A stretch of 63,769 nt of DNA, counting the filler, from Collodictyon triciliatum (Eukaryota), in assembly GCA_043381765.1 (NCBI GenBank). It is 7 parts of 7 records of this genome, joined end to end, with 100 filler letters (N's around TTAATTAATTAA, not from the genome) between each part and the next. Parts side by side here need not be neighbours in the genome. Positions count along the whole stretch, not along the records: positions 18,824 to 28,284 come from JBHJMP010003076.1; positions 28,385 to 37,688 come from JBHJMP010003077.1; 5 more parts are not named here. The stretch is one strand, 5' to 3'. A program made the position numbers and the translations under genes. Within the stretch, counting starts at the first letter, position 1; each line of letters starts with the position of its first letter. This document shows, one piece after another, positions 25,001 through 35,549 of the stretch. A model generated the notes under the pieces. It was given only the letters and a program-made list of their open reading frames with translations. It did no database searches and was not told the origin of the DNA.

Positions 25001-25907
25001 AGGAGCAACGAAAGAAGAGGCCAAGACGAAGACAGAAGCGCTTCACTCGATCTCCGCCTCGCCAGCAAGCATCAAGGCTCCCAGCGCCTCGATTGACTCG
25101 TCGACTGGTGATGCCCGAATCGAGTGTCCGTGGGCGGTTTGCGTGCATCCACGGAACGGTAACATCTATGCGACGGACGAAGATTCGCAAAAAGTTCACA
25201 TTTTTAGCAAAGACCTCAGCCATATTTCCTCCCACCACACCGGACTCATCATCCCAAAGGCTCTTCACGGGCCAAGAGGAATCGCCATCTCCAACGACGG
25301 TCTCATTGCGGTTGCAGACTGCGAAGGCCACTCTGTGAAGCTCTTCACCGACCAGCTCACGCTTGTCAAGACCATCGGCGGAAAGAAGGGTAAGGAGAAC
25401 GGCCAGCTCAATCGCCCATACTCGGTTGCTTTCGACAGTGAAGGAAACCTCTACGTGGCCGACTCTGGGAACCAAAGAGTCCAGAAGTTCGACAAGAAGG
25501 GCGCGTTTGTCTCTGTCATTGGAGGCGCGAGCGAAAGTGGCGGCTATATCAGCTCGCTTATCAATGGGGTCTGCGTTAATGAAGAGGACAAGCTCTTAGT
25601 TCTTTGCGCCGGCTCCGACAGAGTCCGCATCTTTTCAAAGGACGGTATTTTCGAAGCTGAAGTCAAGCTGGAAGTGCCAACAAGCGTCGAGGCCTGGTCG
25701 CATATTTTCCGCGCCTCTCCCGGTGTCTTTGGTGTTTGCGAGAACAAGACCGGGACAGTCGCTTTCTACAACTACCAGGGCACAGTTCAGCACCGCATCC
25801 TCTTGGACGGCTGCCTGGGCGCCTGCTTCGGACTCGACGGCACCTTCTATGCCACAAGTCTTTCGCTAAAGTCGGTCTCTGCTTTCTCTGCTGACAATTC
25901 CCAATAA
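22051..25907 (+). CDS. LRR - (AEEAKR)n - SH3-like - RING - B-box - B-box - coiled coil - NHL (TRIM-NHL-like E3 ligase with N-terminal LRR)
   Basis: Phase-consistent exons 22051-22380, 22450-22626, 22691-22864, 22940-22976, 23057-23129, 23222-23319, 23397-~23491 and 23573 onward. RING CGVC..PSFLPCQHTFCSGCI..CPLC; B-boxes (HYCTVC..FCETH..H; CPIH..YFCPSC..CAKC..H); NHL repeats (GPRGIAIS..IAVAD, LNRPYSVAFDSEGNLYVADSGNQRVQKF). Confidence 0.85.
22703..22835 (+). repeat. 18-bp coding repeat (AEEAKR)n
   Basis: gctgaagaagctaaaaga repeated ~7-8 times; charged single-alpha-helix-like linker. Confidence 0.9.
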
Positions 25908-26145
25908 CTTTTCTTTCATTTTCTTTTCTTCTACTGAGAAGCAACACAAAAATTACAAGAAAATTGCTGAAATATTGATAATACTTGATTCGTTACCTCG
26001 ATGCTGGGGTTGTAAACATGGAAAGTAATGGATAATAATCTAATGCGTGTGTAAATAAATCATTCATAAAACATAGAAGCAAGTAATAGTCACGATAAAT
26101 TTATTTTTGAGAAGCCATCATCTTCAAGTGACTGGACACAAATCA

Positions 26146-28160
26146 GTTTTTTTTTTTTTTTTACCAGCTTTCATTTGGATACCCCATAAAAGATTCCCTT
26201 CATTCGATTCAAAGTGTAGCGAGGTTATGCCATACAAAGGGGCGAGATAGGTGCGCTTGGTAGAGCAAACGCGAGTAGGGGAATACACTGCTGCGAAGAG
26301 GCGAGCACTGGAAAGAAATTAGTGATAGCGAGTTGGTCAGGTGGGCGTCCCAACTGGTTGATTGGTTGCGTGGGTAGCAGGGGTTGGATGTGCTGTGGGA
26401 GTTATCTTACGACCCATTTCCACATCTCTCTTCGCTTGCGGTCAGAGTAGCGAAGAATGCGAGCGTGTTTCAGCAGGTTGTTCAGGAAGCTGTATTGCAC
26501 GAGGCTCTCAAGCCTGGCTACATTGATTTCTCGTTCGGGTGAATCATTAGAGCGAGAGAATGCACGCACACTCCATAAGGACCACATCATATGTCCCCTT
26601 GTGACTGTCCAGAGTATTCTAGAGTCGTGGGTCATTTGGTATTGTGGGCCAAACAGGATGTCAGATGCGCTGAGTCGGTTGGGAGCATAATCAAGCTCAG
26701 AGAGCATCTTGTGGGTAGACTCTGTCACTTTTTGAGCAAGAGAGCACTTCACAAATGTGTGTTCGATAGAGTCATCTCCACTATGGCGCATGGTGTATTC
26801 TGGAGAGGTCGTTGCTGCATGGACTACACGCGCACTTATCCACAGCTCTCTGTTGGAGATATTGAGAAGTAGGGCGCGGTGCTTCGGTAGTAGCTGAGGT
26901 ATACGGGCTTGCTTCCAGCTTTTGACTATTGGCGGGTCTATAATGCCTATGGTTTCAACCAAAAGACTCGTCTTCTCCGGTTTGTAAGAATTCAGTTGAT
27001 GAATTTATATCGAAACAGCTTGGAGCACGCCATGGCAACCGTGAATTGTGGAGAGTCCGGAGTAATGGACCGCCTTCGGTTCTTCAGGCGAAAGAAAAAT
27101 GGCGACGGCGCTCCGTATGAGATGAGATGTTGTGAGCGTCATTCTCCTTTGTTGTTCAGGACAGCTGTGGTTGAGGTTTGCATTCGAGGAGTGAAATATC
27201 GTTGCATTTTTCGGCGTTGCGAGGCTCCCATCCTTTTGGAAAGCGACTTGTTGCAGGATGAAGGAGCTGTTTCCTTGTTTCGACTTGATGATACGGGAGC
27301 TTTATGGTTTATCCCGGCAAGGTTGGCAAGTGGATGCTTCATTTAAAACCCTCATTTCCGCTCCGGGTTGAATCCCAAGATATACATAAAGGAGATTCAG
27401 TCCATAGTGACCAGGTGGGTGTTACGATGTCTCTGTCCTTGCGGCTCACCGCCGTGCTGCTTCTCCTCTACATCTTCTTTACTAGCCCCTACGTTTGCGC
27501 GTCTCTGTGAAAAGTGTTCATTGGTGCGTGGAAAAAGTTGTGGTGTGGTTCTCTGTTCAGAGGAAATGATGCTCGCGCTGGGGTGACAACACGGAGTCAA
27601 TCAGAGAATCCACCCACTCGGCAACCTTTCGGATGCCTGTTAGATTAAATGCGCTTATCCCTAAGCGAATCACTACATGTGACTTCAGGGAAGAAAATAT
27701 TCATTCCAGAAGAATGCTTGCTTCTAAAAACGACTGCTGTCAATGATGTTTTTATGGGTGTAGAGTGAGGTAGTCAACTAACCACGTATGGAAAATGAGA
27801 TGGCATTCCATTCTGCAGAGCCTGCTGAATACACATTGTGGTCAATTCCAAATCAGTCCAGCCGAGGAAACAACACCAAGAGCCGAATTTTCTTTCCAGC
27901 CCGTGGATTGTGCCTCTGCCTTTGATATAAGGTATTTCGCGTTTGTTGTCGCATCAGGGCACGAGGAAAAGTGTGAAGGAAAAGAGCGAGGGGAAATTCT
28001 GCCCAAAAGCGCGCTTGAGGCACAAGTGGATTCGCTTGGTTGGCATGGATGATTCTGGAGACATTTCCGCCGAGACTCTTCTCGGGAGACTTTTCCGCTG
28101 TCTGTAGGCTTACTGATTGGCCTGGCCGTCGTTCTTGCGATCACGTCCTGCCTGGCGCAG
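26146..28160 (-). mobile_element. Decayed LINE (L1/Tx1-like) ORF2 with zf-RVT-like C-terminus and poly(A) tail; RT core apparently deleted
   Basis: YVYLGI (~27370-27390), IGIIDP, DDSIEHTFVKCSLAQKV and HMMWSLWSVR motifs; poly(A) on the minus strand at 26146-26162; multiple stops and frameshifts; no YADD motif seen. Confidence 0.7.
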
Positions 28161-28162
28161 AT

Positions 28163-28284
28163 CTTTGTCCTTGTCCTTGTCCTTGTCCTTGTCTTTGTCT
28201 TTGTCTTTGTCTTTGTCTTTGTCTTTGTCTTTGTCTTTGTCTTTGTCTTTGTCTTTGTCTTTGTCTTTGTCTTTGTCTTTGTCT
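28163..28284. repeat. (CTTTGT)n hexamer microsatellite at contig end
   Basis: Direct sequence; reads (GACAAA)n on the minus strand. Confidence 0.95.
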
Positions 28285-28384
28285 NNNNNNNNNNNNNNNN
28301 NNNNNNNNNNNNNNNNNNNNNNNNNNNNTTAATTAATTAANNNNNNNNNNNNNNNNNNNNNNNNNNNNNNNNNNNNNNNNNNNN

Positions 28385-29340
28385 CGTCGCTGTCGCTGTA
28401 TGCGCGTATCTGCTGTGAGTCTTGCGGGCTCAGTTGTTGCCTGGCCTTGGCTTCCTTGACCCCGTTGCTGCTTGTCTGCTTGGCGGGTGTATTCTTTTGC
28501 GGAGCTTTTACTTGTCGTTGTTCGCGGCTGGTGGGCGCTCTTTGAGGATGCGCTTTGGACACTTTTTGCTCATGACCGTAACCTTTGAAGGGAGCTGGTT
28601 CTTGTGACAAAGAAGCTTCACCACGGCCGTGTATGTGAAAAAGCGTTCGTCCTTTTTGATCTCCACGTGGGTCGGTCTGAAGGGCTTCAGCTCCTCACGA
28701 AAGAGTTGCGGCCACACGTCCAGTGGTATTTGGTAGAGCATCACCAAGGTCTCTGTTGGTTTACTTCTGCTGAAGCTGATTGTAATATCACTTAAACTTA
28801 TTTGCTTCAGCTCGAGAAGCTTTCGGGCGTTTTCTGCAGTGCGGAAGGCGATCAGGTAAAGGCCTTCGCTGTCTGGTAAGCGCAATTGGATGGACTCTTC
28901 CCGAAGTTTGTTCACTTTCAAGAAGGAGGCGAGCGCATCTGTTAGCCTGCGGGCCTTGTTCTTGTTATAGACGACTTGCTCGACCCCGTGCAAAAATATT
29001 ATCCGATCAGACAGACTTGCAGGCGGCTTTCTTTCACGGGTCTTCCTAGACTTACATGCAACTCGGGGTTTTTCCGCACCAGTGTTGGAACCAGAAGAGC
29101 TGGCTGCAACTTGCAATGCCTTCGACGGGTCTAGCTTGTGTTTTTCCATTGGATGTGCGGGAAGCAAGAATGAAAAGGGAGACGCAAGTTTGGGTGGCCG
29201 ATTAAGTGGCGCAATAACAAAACAAGGAGTCTACTCAATCAATAGGCAACTTGGGGGAAGGTAGAAAGGGGACGCTGCGAAGCAACGGGGGGTCGAACGG
29301 GTTCTTCCAAACTTTGTGACACATACACACCACATTTCTC
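28385..29340 (-). mobile_element. 5' part of a non-LTR retrotransposon: ORF1 (gag-like, RRM-like) 28508-29167
   Basis: GC-rich intronless ORF with LYLIAFRTAENARKLL and LVMLYQIPLDV...LKPF, as in L1/Tx1 ORF1 RRM-like domains. Confidence 0.6.
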
Positions 29341-29530
29341 CAGCACGTACTCCGACGTCTGTCATACGCGTTAGCTATAAACGTCAACGTGGCAGAGCGC
29401 TTTCAAGTTCAGCAATCCTGTCATGCAGAAGCATTCGATAGAAAAGACACTGGCATGGGTTATTTTTTTTCTATTTTTATTATTTCAATCTCCGCATTTA
29501 TTTCGTTTAGACTTTGACTCTACGAGGGGG

Positions 29531-31066
29531 TTATGTCCTTTCAACCCTCGATTCGCCATATCTTCTAGAGTCGTTGTGTAGCTGAAAGTCTATTTTACCA
29601 ACCAAACCCGCGGATGGAATCATAATAGCGAGGTCGCTCCTACGAAAGGTTCCACAAAATAAGATGCAATTTCAGATGCTTCATTATAAATACAAAAATA
29701 AAAATAAAAATCCAAAGTGGGAAAAGCATAGAAATATAATGATAGATTGACGGACTTTTTATCCACCGACTGTGGCTTCAAAAAAATAACTGTAACGTTT
29801 GTGATGGTAAATATACACAAAGTATGTTCCTTCATCTTACAAGATTTGCTTGCGTGGCTCCTCAGATGGGCCTTTCGTCCAAACCTTGAATACATAATCC
29901 TGTTTCATATATATGTATCAGGTCAGATGGGTTTAGACAATAAATAGGGCAAAGCAAAAGATGTTGATGGCGTAAAAAGAGAGAACGGATGTTACATGTA
30001 TGGGTCAACCCAGTGACGATGAATGAAGAAATAATATTTGGAGAAAAAAAAAAAGAATTGGAATGGCCTACATTCGCTTTACAGGAAACAGTTATCCCGC
30101 ATATCTCATCTCCGACATTAAAGCGCTCACCAATAACAGCGAATTGCTATGATAGACAAAAGTCAGCAAAAGATTCATTTATACAAGCCTACAGGATAGT
30201 CATTGGTGCTCAATTCTTAAATGCACACCAAATCTTCCCATGCCTTCGACACAAATCCTCGTTTGATTTTAAATTTCAAGCGACCGCCATTGATGTTTGC
30301 GGGGTCCTATGGTCATGAAATAGGCGTGTAAATGCATTTTGACCGTGACACTGCGCAGATAAGGCAGGCGATGAAGTATCAGAACAACGAGGAAAATAAG
30401 CTCATCAGTGAATGGATTCTGCCTCATTTGTCAAAGAGTCACCTCCCAAAGCGGTCTGATGCCTTCTCTGAAGAGGTGATAGTCTGCAGTAATGGTTATG
30501 TCTCCAGGCCGCTTGATGTGATTATAGAATCTCCAGAATCCTTCGACCTAAATCTCCGTTAGTCCCCGGACTAACTTATAAGGGACGATACAAGTACTCG
30601 ATGTGGATATAAAGCGAGCAGGTAGGGCATCGTGTAAATGGGATATTGGTAATAGACCGATGACATCCTGTCATCTGCCTTAGAGGAAAAAAAAATTCTT
30701 AAATGCTTAGAATGAAATATTATCCATACGGTCGAAGCTGTGCCTAGCTTTTGTATATTTTCGCCGTAGTTAACAGCCATGTGGGACGGGTTTTTATCAA
30801 TCCAGAATGTGTAGCTGGCATGTAGAGGGTGTTCTCTGATGGGAAAAAATTATTAAAAAAAATTAATGACAAACAATAAAGATAAATATATAGGCTTCGT
30901 TAAAATGAAAAAGATAGAGCAAGTGTATGCGAACTAAAAATACATCGTTGGCTTACTGTTCAGCAGAAGTCTTTGCAGTTGCCGCTGTTGGTGTGTTTGG
31001 ATCTTTATCATTCGACGACACAGCAGCCTTTTCCGCCTGAGGGTCTCGTGTGTCACTAGAGTTCAT
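29531..31066 (-). CDS. EIF4E2: Class II eIF4E (4EHP/eIF4E2-like) cap-binding protein, 8 small exons
   Basis: Manual splicing gives MNSSD...EHPLHASYTFW...NYGENIQKLGTAST|VEGFWRFYNHIKRPGDITITADYHLFREGIRPLWE|DPANINGGRL...KAWEDL|QFAVIGERFNVGDEICGITVS..|DYVFKVWTK...|DFQLHNDS...*. Tyr at the W43 and W56 equivalent positions marks class II. Confidence 0.9.
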
Positions 31067-32825
31067 ATTTAGAAGGGAAATAGATGCTTTTAAGAGATAT
31101 ATGAGCAGGATAAAAACTTGGGAAATGAACGAGTAAGCAAACTATGACGACCTTTTAAGAAGGAGTTGGTGGGTGGAAAATGAATGGGGAGGAGGCCAAG
31201 CATCGTGAGATGTTAGAGAATGTGCCAGAATTATCATAAGAGGTTCGAACCTGCTCTTCTCCATCGCTGCTTGATGTATCTGAAGTATGTATTGAATATG
31301 CCGACAATGGATACCGAGGGAATCGAAGTAACAACTCTTTTCTTAATCGCTATTCTCTTCTTCTCTTTTTTTTCCAGCCAAGTTGTAAGCTCAGGGCCAA
31401 CGTATTGAAAGGGTGAATCTGTATCGATGTTTATCGGATAATGAGGTTTAGAAGTACAAAATCAGGTACGCACGACTTTTTGTGTTTTCAAAGAGAATGG
31501 TAACGAAAGGAAATAAGAAAGATAAAAATGAGGTATTCTGGTAAATATATGTATAATTATTCAGAAAAAGTGCGCGCTTCGCTTTATTTTGCAAGTTCTA
31601 TCTCAGATATTCTACTTCAAATATGGGGAAACATGTCTAAAAAAAGAAAAACGGCTGGAGCAGATAATAGTGTTTGAGCTGCTTTTTCAAGTTTGGTCTC
31701 AGAACTATTCAGGCCATGTTTCAAATATGCAAAAGAAGCCATCTTGCCGCTTCTTATATTGCGGTATGTGCTATTTTTAAGAGTCTAAATGAAAAAAATA
31801 AAACATAAATAACAAAAACACAAAAAAAAACTATTGAGTCACAGCTCCAGAAGAAGACGACTAAACATAAGCAAACACTTCAAACACACAGGCGACCAGA
31901 ACGGTTGTCAACCAGAGCACAAATAAACCAGGAAAGCCACTCAAGAATAGCATGGATTCTGTTTAATATCATTACAACTGCGTCCAACTTTCACAGACTC
32001 CCAATTATTATTTTTATCACGTTTCTTTACCTGCAAGGCGGTCGCAGCCCAACACAGAATACACACAAAGACGATACAATACAATAAAAAAAAAGAAAAA
32101 AGTCCTTCTTTCTCAACCGAAAAACATCTGAAATAAAAAAAAAGGAAACGAAAATGAAAATTGAAAAAGAAAACTCCAATAAAAAAAATATACAGTGGCT
32201 TTGCTGAAACATTAGTGTGTGTTTGTGTATGCCTTTCAACAAGCAGGCAAATGAGCCGCCTTCCAAGCCACCCAAACACAAGCATCGCGCCTGTTTGCCT
32301 CTGTGCCCCTTTCATCCCCGCAAAAAAGGCCGATCGAACGAGTGGAGGACGGCACACACGAACGCACAATCCAACTCTGGAAAACCACACTGCTGGCCGA
32401 ATTCCGATGAGATTTGGTGCAGAAGATACTTAATGATGCGCTCTGAATAAAAGTGAGTGTTCGAATCCAGATTAATGAATTGCACTCTTTCCAAGCGAGG
32501 TTATTGTTTTTGTTTTTGTTTTTCATTTCTTTTCTTTTTAATTTCTTTTTTTTTGTGATTACGATTAGCCTGTTTGAGTTCATGCGAACCGTGCGCTGAT
32601 GTCGGCATCTTTCTTTACTGAAGAAATAATATTGTACTACATGCTTTTCAATGTTTCACTTTCAATGGAAATTTTTCTTTATTATTACTTTTCTTCTTTT
32701 TTTTTTCTTTCTAGGTTTGAAAGGCGAACCAGAACACCACATCAGAGAAAACACGAGATTATAAAAGAAATTCATAGACCCAAAGGAAGTTCATGGATAG
32801 AAAGCGTGCATCATGCGATATGTTG

Positions 32826-34010
32826 CTACACCTGGCGGTACAATTCCCGAATGATTTGCAATGGAATCGTCCGATTCACAAAGATGAAGCGGCTGGTGCA
32901 GATGATGACTGCAACCAACCCAACCACGACAAAAAACAGCAGAATGTCTTCTCCAAGCGTAAACTCAGAGTGCGCAGATAGCAGAAGGAAATGGTTATTA
33001 GGGTGTGCAGGGGGTTGTTGAGTTTTCGGTTGCTCTGCTTGCTGTGTCTGTTGCTCTTGTGCAGGCTGTGTCTGCAGTGGTTGAAGCTCATCCAGACCCT
33101 GGGGCAGATTCGCACATATGGACGAGTACTGTGCGTGATGAATGCAAGTGATTGACGTGACTTGTCTTTCACATCGCATTTCCTGGTCATCGGCGCATGC
33201 GTCTGACGGGCTATTCACAACAACTCCATTCTCTACAAAAGTTGCGCTTCCTCCTCCGTCCAGATTGATGGCATTCACCAAACCGAGTTGTATGAGCAAA
33301 TCCGCAAAAGAATACAGCGAAACGCCTCGTTTCCAAGACTGTCCATCCACCTGCACAAGAACTAGCTCTCCGTCAAACGTATGCCCGATGGCCACGCGAG
33401 CAGAGACCATCTCCAGAAACATGCCTCCGCTTTCCTGCGTCGAAAGGTCCTCCAGATACTTGCTCTGTACGACGAAGGACTTGCCCTTGCGAACGAGCCA
33501 GACAACTCCAGATACAAGCTGCTTGAAGTTGCTTGGGTTAATTTTGCTGCTGCCCTCCTCCTGGCCATACATATTCGCGTTGGTGGGCATGGAGGATTTA
33601 TTGTGCGGGACGTAGCCTGTAAAGAACGACCCATCTGACAAGAGGCCAAATGATGCGTTCCTCCTTTTGGCCTTGTTGAGAATCTTTCCATCCGACACAA
33701 GATGCCCATGCCACTTGAGCGTCCGTGTGTTGAAGAAGCCAGCGTTGGTGGCGAAAAGACAATTATTTTGCTTGCTTGTGTGGCTTACGTGCGCGCGGCC
33801 AAAGTCACGTTCAGAATCGGATTCAATCGTGTCGCCCACAGTGCCCTGGTTTTCTGTCCTTTCGCCCTCTGATTTTGCCTGCATCTGATAAAGTGGTGGT
33901 GATGTCGATGATGAACCGTCCCTCCGGCTGTAGTCTGTCGCTGGTGGAAGGACCGAAAACAGCCTCCAAGATGGGTTGTGGAGTGTGGCGATGTGTCCAG
34001 TGATTTCGAA
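32826..34010 (-). CDS. NAGPA: NAGPA-like phosphodiester glycosidase (uncovering enzyme) with C-terminal TM; 5' end unclear, possibly frameshifted
   Basis: ATNAGFF, FKQLVSGVVWLVRKG, SARVAIG, QVDGQ, AINLDGGGSATFV, CERQVTSITCIH; hydrophobic segment ILLFFVVVGLVAVIIC. Confidence 0.8.
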   Translation of the reverse strand, partial: FEITGHIATLHNPSWRLFSVLPPATDYSRRDGSSSTSPPLYQMQAKSEGERTENQGTVGDTIESDSERDFGRAHVSHTSKQNNCLFATNAGFFNTRTLKWHGHLVSDGKILNKAKRRNASFGLLSDGSFFTGYVPHNKSSMPTNANMYGQEEGSSKINPSNFKQLVSGVVWLVRKGKSFVVQSKYLEDLSTQESGGMFLEMVSARVAIGHTFDGELVLVQVDGQSWKRGVSLYSFADLLIQLGLVNAINLDGGGSATFVENGVVVNSPSDACADDQEMRCERQVTSITCIHHAQYSSICANLPQGLDELQPLQTQPAQEQQTQQAEQPKTQQPPAHPNNHFLLLSAHSEFTLGEDILLFFVVVGLVAVIICTSRFIFVNRTIPLQIIRELYRQV

Positions 34011-34064
34011 GCTGCATGCCGTGGATGGTATATGAGGTTTTGTACAAGCAAGACCCCTCCTCCA

Positions 34065-34102
<38 letters not shown>

Positions 34103-34325
34103 AATGATAATGATAATGATAATGATAATGATAATGATAATGATAATGATAATGATAATGATAATGATAATGATAATGATAATGATAATGATAATGATAA
34201 TGATAATGATAATGATAATGATAATGATAATGATAATGATAATGATAGTAATAGTAATAGTAATAGTGATAATAATAGTAATAATAATATTAATAATGAT
34301 AATAATAATAATAATAATAATAATA
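34065..34325. repeat. Compound microsatellite (GAT)n(GATAAT)n(AAT)n
   Basis: Direct sequence. Confidence 0.95.
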
Positions 34326-35549
34326 AAACCCGTCTTAAAGAGGGTCTCATTAAAAAAAAAAATTGGGTTTTTTCCCAACAGGCTATCTATTGAGAAATTG
34401 GAAGACGAATTTTTTATTTTATTTTCATTATGTATTAGTGCGAAGCTGTCCAAACCTCCATTAGTCATTATTCTATAGTCTACATAAAATAACTGACTTA
34501 TACAAAATGATGTAACGAGTAAAGAGACGAACTAAATTTGAAAGATAAGATAAAGAATGGAAATAATTTTGCTTGTCTAATTATGTAATCATCAATTCAA
34601 GAAAAAAAATTACCAGACATGGTGCAAACTAGGACATGCATTAATGAAATATTCAAATAATAAGCAATTATGTTTTTTTTCTTGGGTGGTCGAATGATTA
34701 GAGGCAATCAATGCAGAGTAGACGAAAAGTAAATAGAAAAAATATATGTCGATTATTTGGCTATTATTATTTTATTTTATTTGGGATTTGGTTGTAGGCC
34801 GCATAATGTATCTTGAAAGCTTTTGACAAGACGTGCATGCCTTTTCCATCTAACTTTTCCACAAAGAGGCGTCAAAACGCATTTCAAATGAACAATATCA
34901 ATTTTTCAATAATTGCAATCCTTAGTTTAAACCTTCACAATATTTGCTCATGAATAGTTTGCATCGATAATATATTTTTATATTGGCATAAATTACCACT
35001 GCATTGAGAAGCTGGCTTGGAGAAGGGGGAATACTGCTTTGATGGCCCAAGGTGTCGAAAAGGATGTTGAAGACAGAAGAACCCCCTCACTCAATAAATG
35101 TGTTCAAATGTCATCGCTTAATATTAAAATTTGATATCGCAAACAATTAAGACGTTTAATTGATACAAATACATCGACTATTAAGTGGTGTGAAAGCAAT
35201 ACACTGGAAGAGAAAGACATGAGAGGTCTGTAATTTGAAACCATCAGATGACTTTCTGATTTATTCTGATAAGTCGAATGTATACACCCGATGTTCATCA
35301 CAATTTCCTTTTCCTCCTTCTTGATCGCTTAAGAATTGGTGGATAGCTGACCTGTGTTTCTTTTTCATTAACGGTTTTATCTGCTCCTAGATAAAATACA
35401 GATAGACCTGAGGCCTAGAGAGAGTTTTGCAAGAGGAAAATAGTTCTTTAATACTCCCATCGACACAGTACCTTATTGTGCGAAAGGACAAATGTTTTCA
35501 GATTCTTTGTATTTTTTTATTCTTCTTTTCAGATTAGTGCAGGATGGTG

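Noticed and set aside
24426-25475. 349-aa minus-strand ORF
   Set aside because: Antisense shadow of the GC-rich NHL exon; no recognisable motifs.
33785-34478. Poly-I/L/M/DN ORFs (also at 3322-3662, 14063-14693, 52839-53874, 61350-61708)
   Set aside because: Translations of microsatellites or N gaps.
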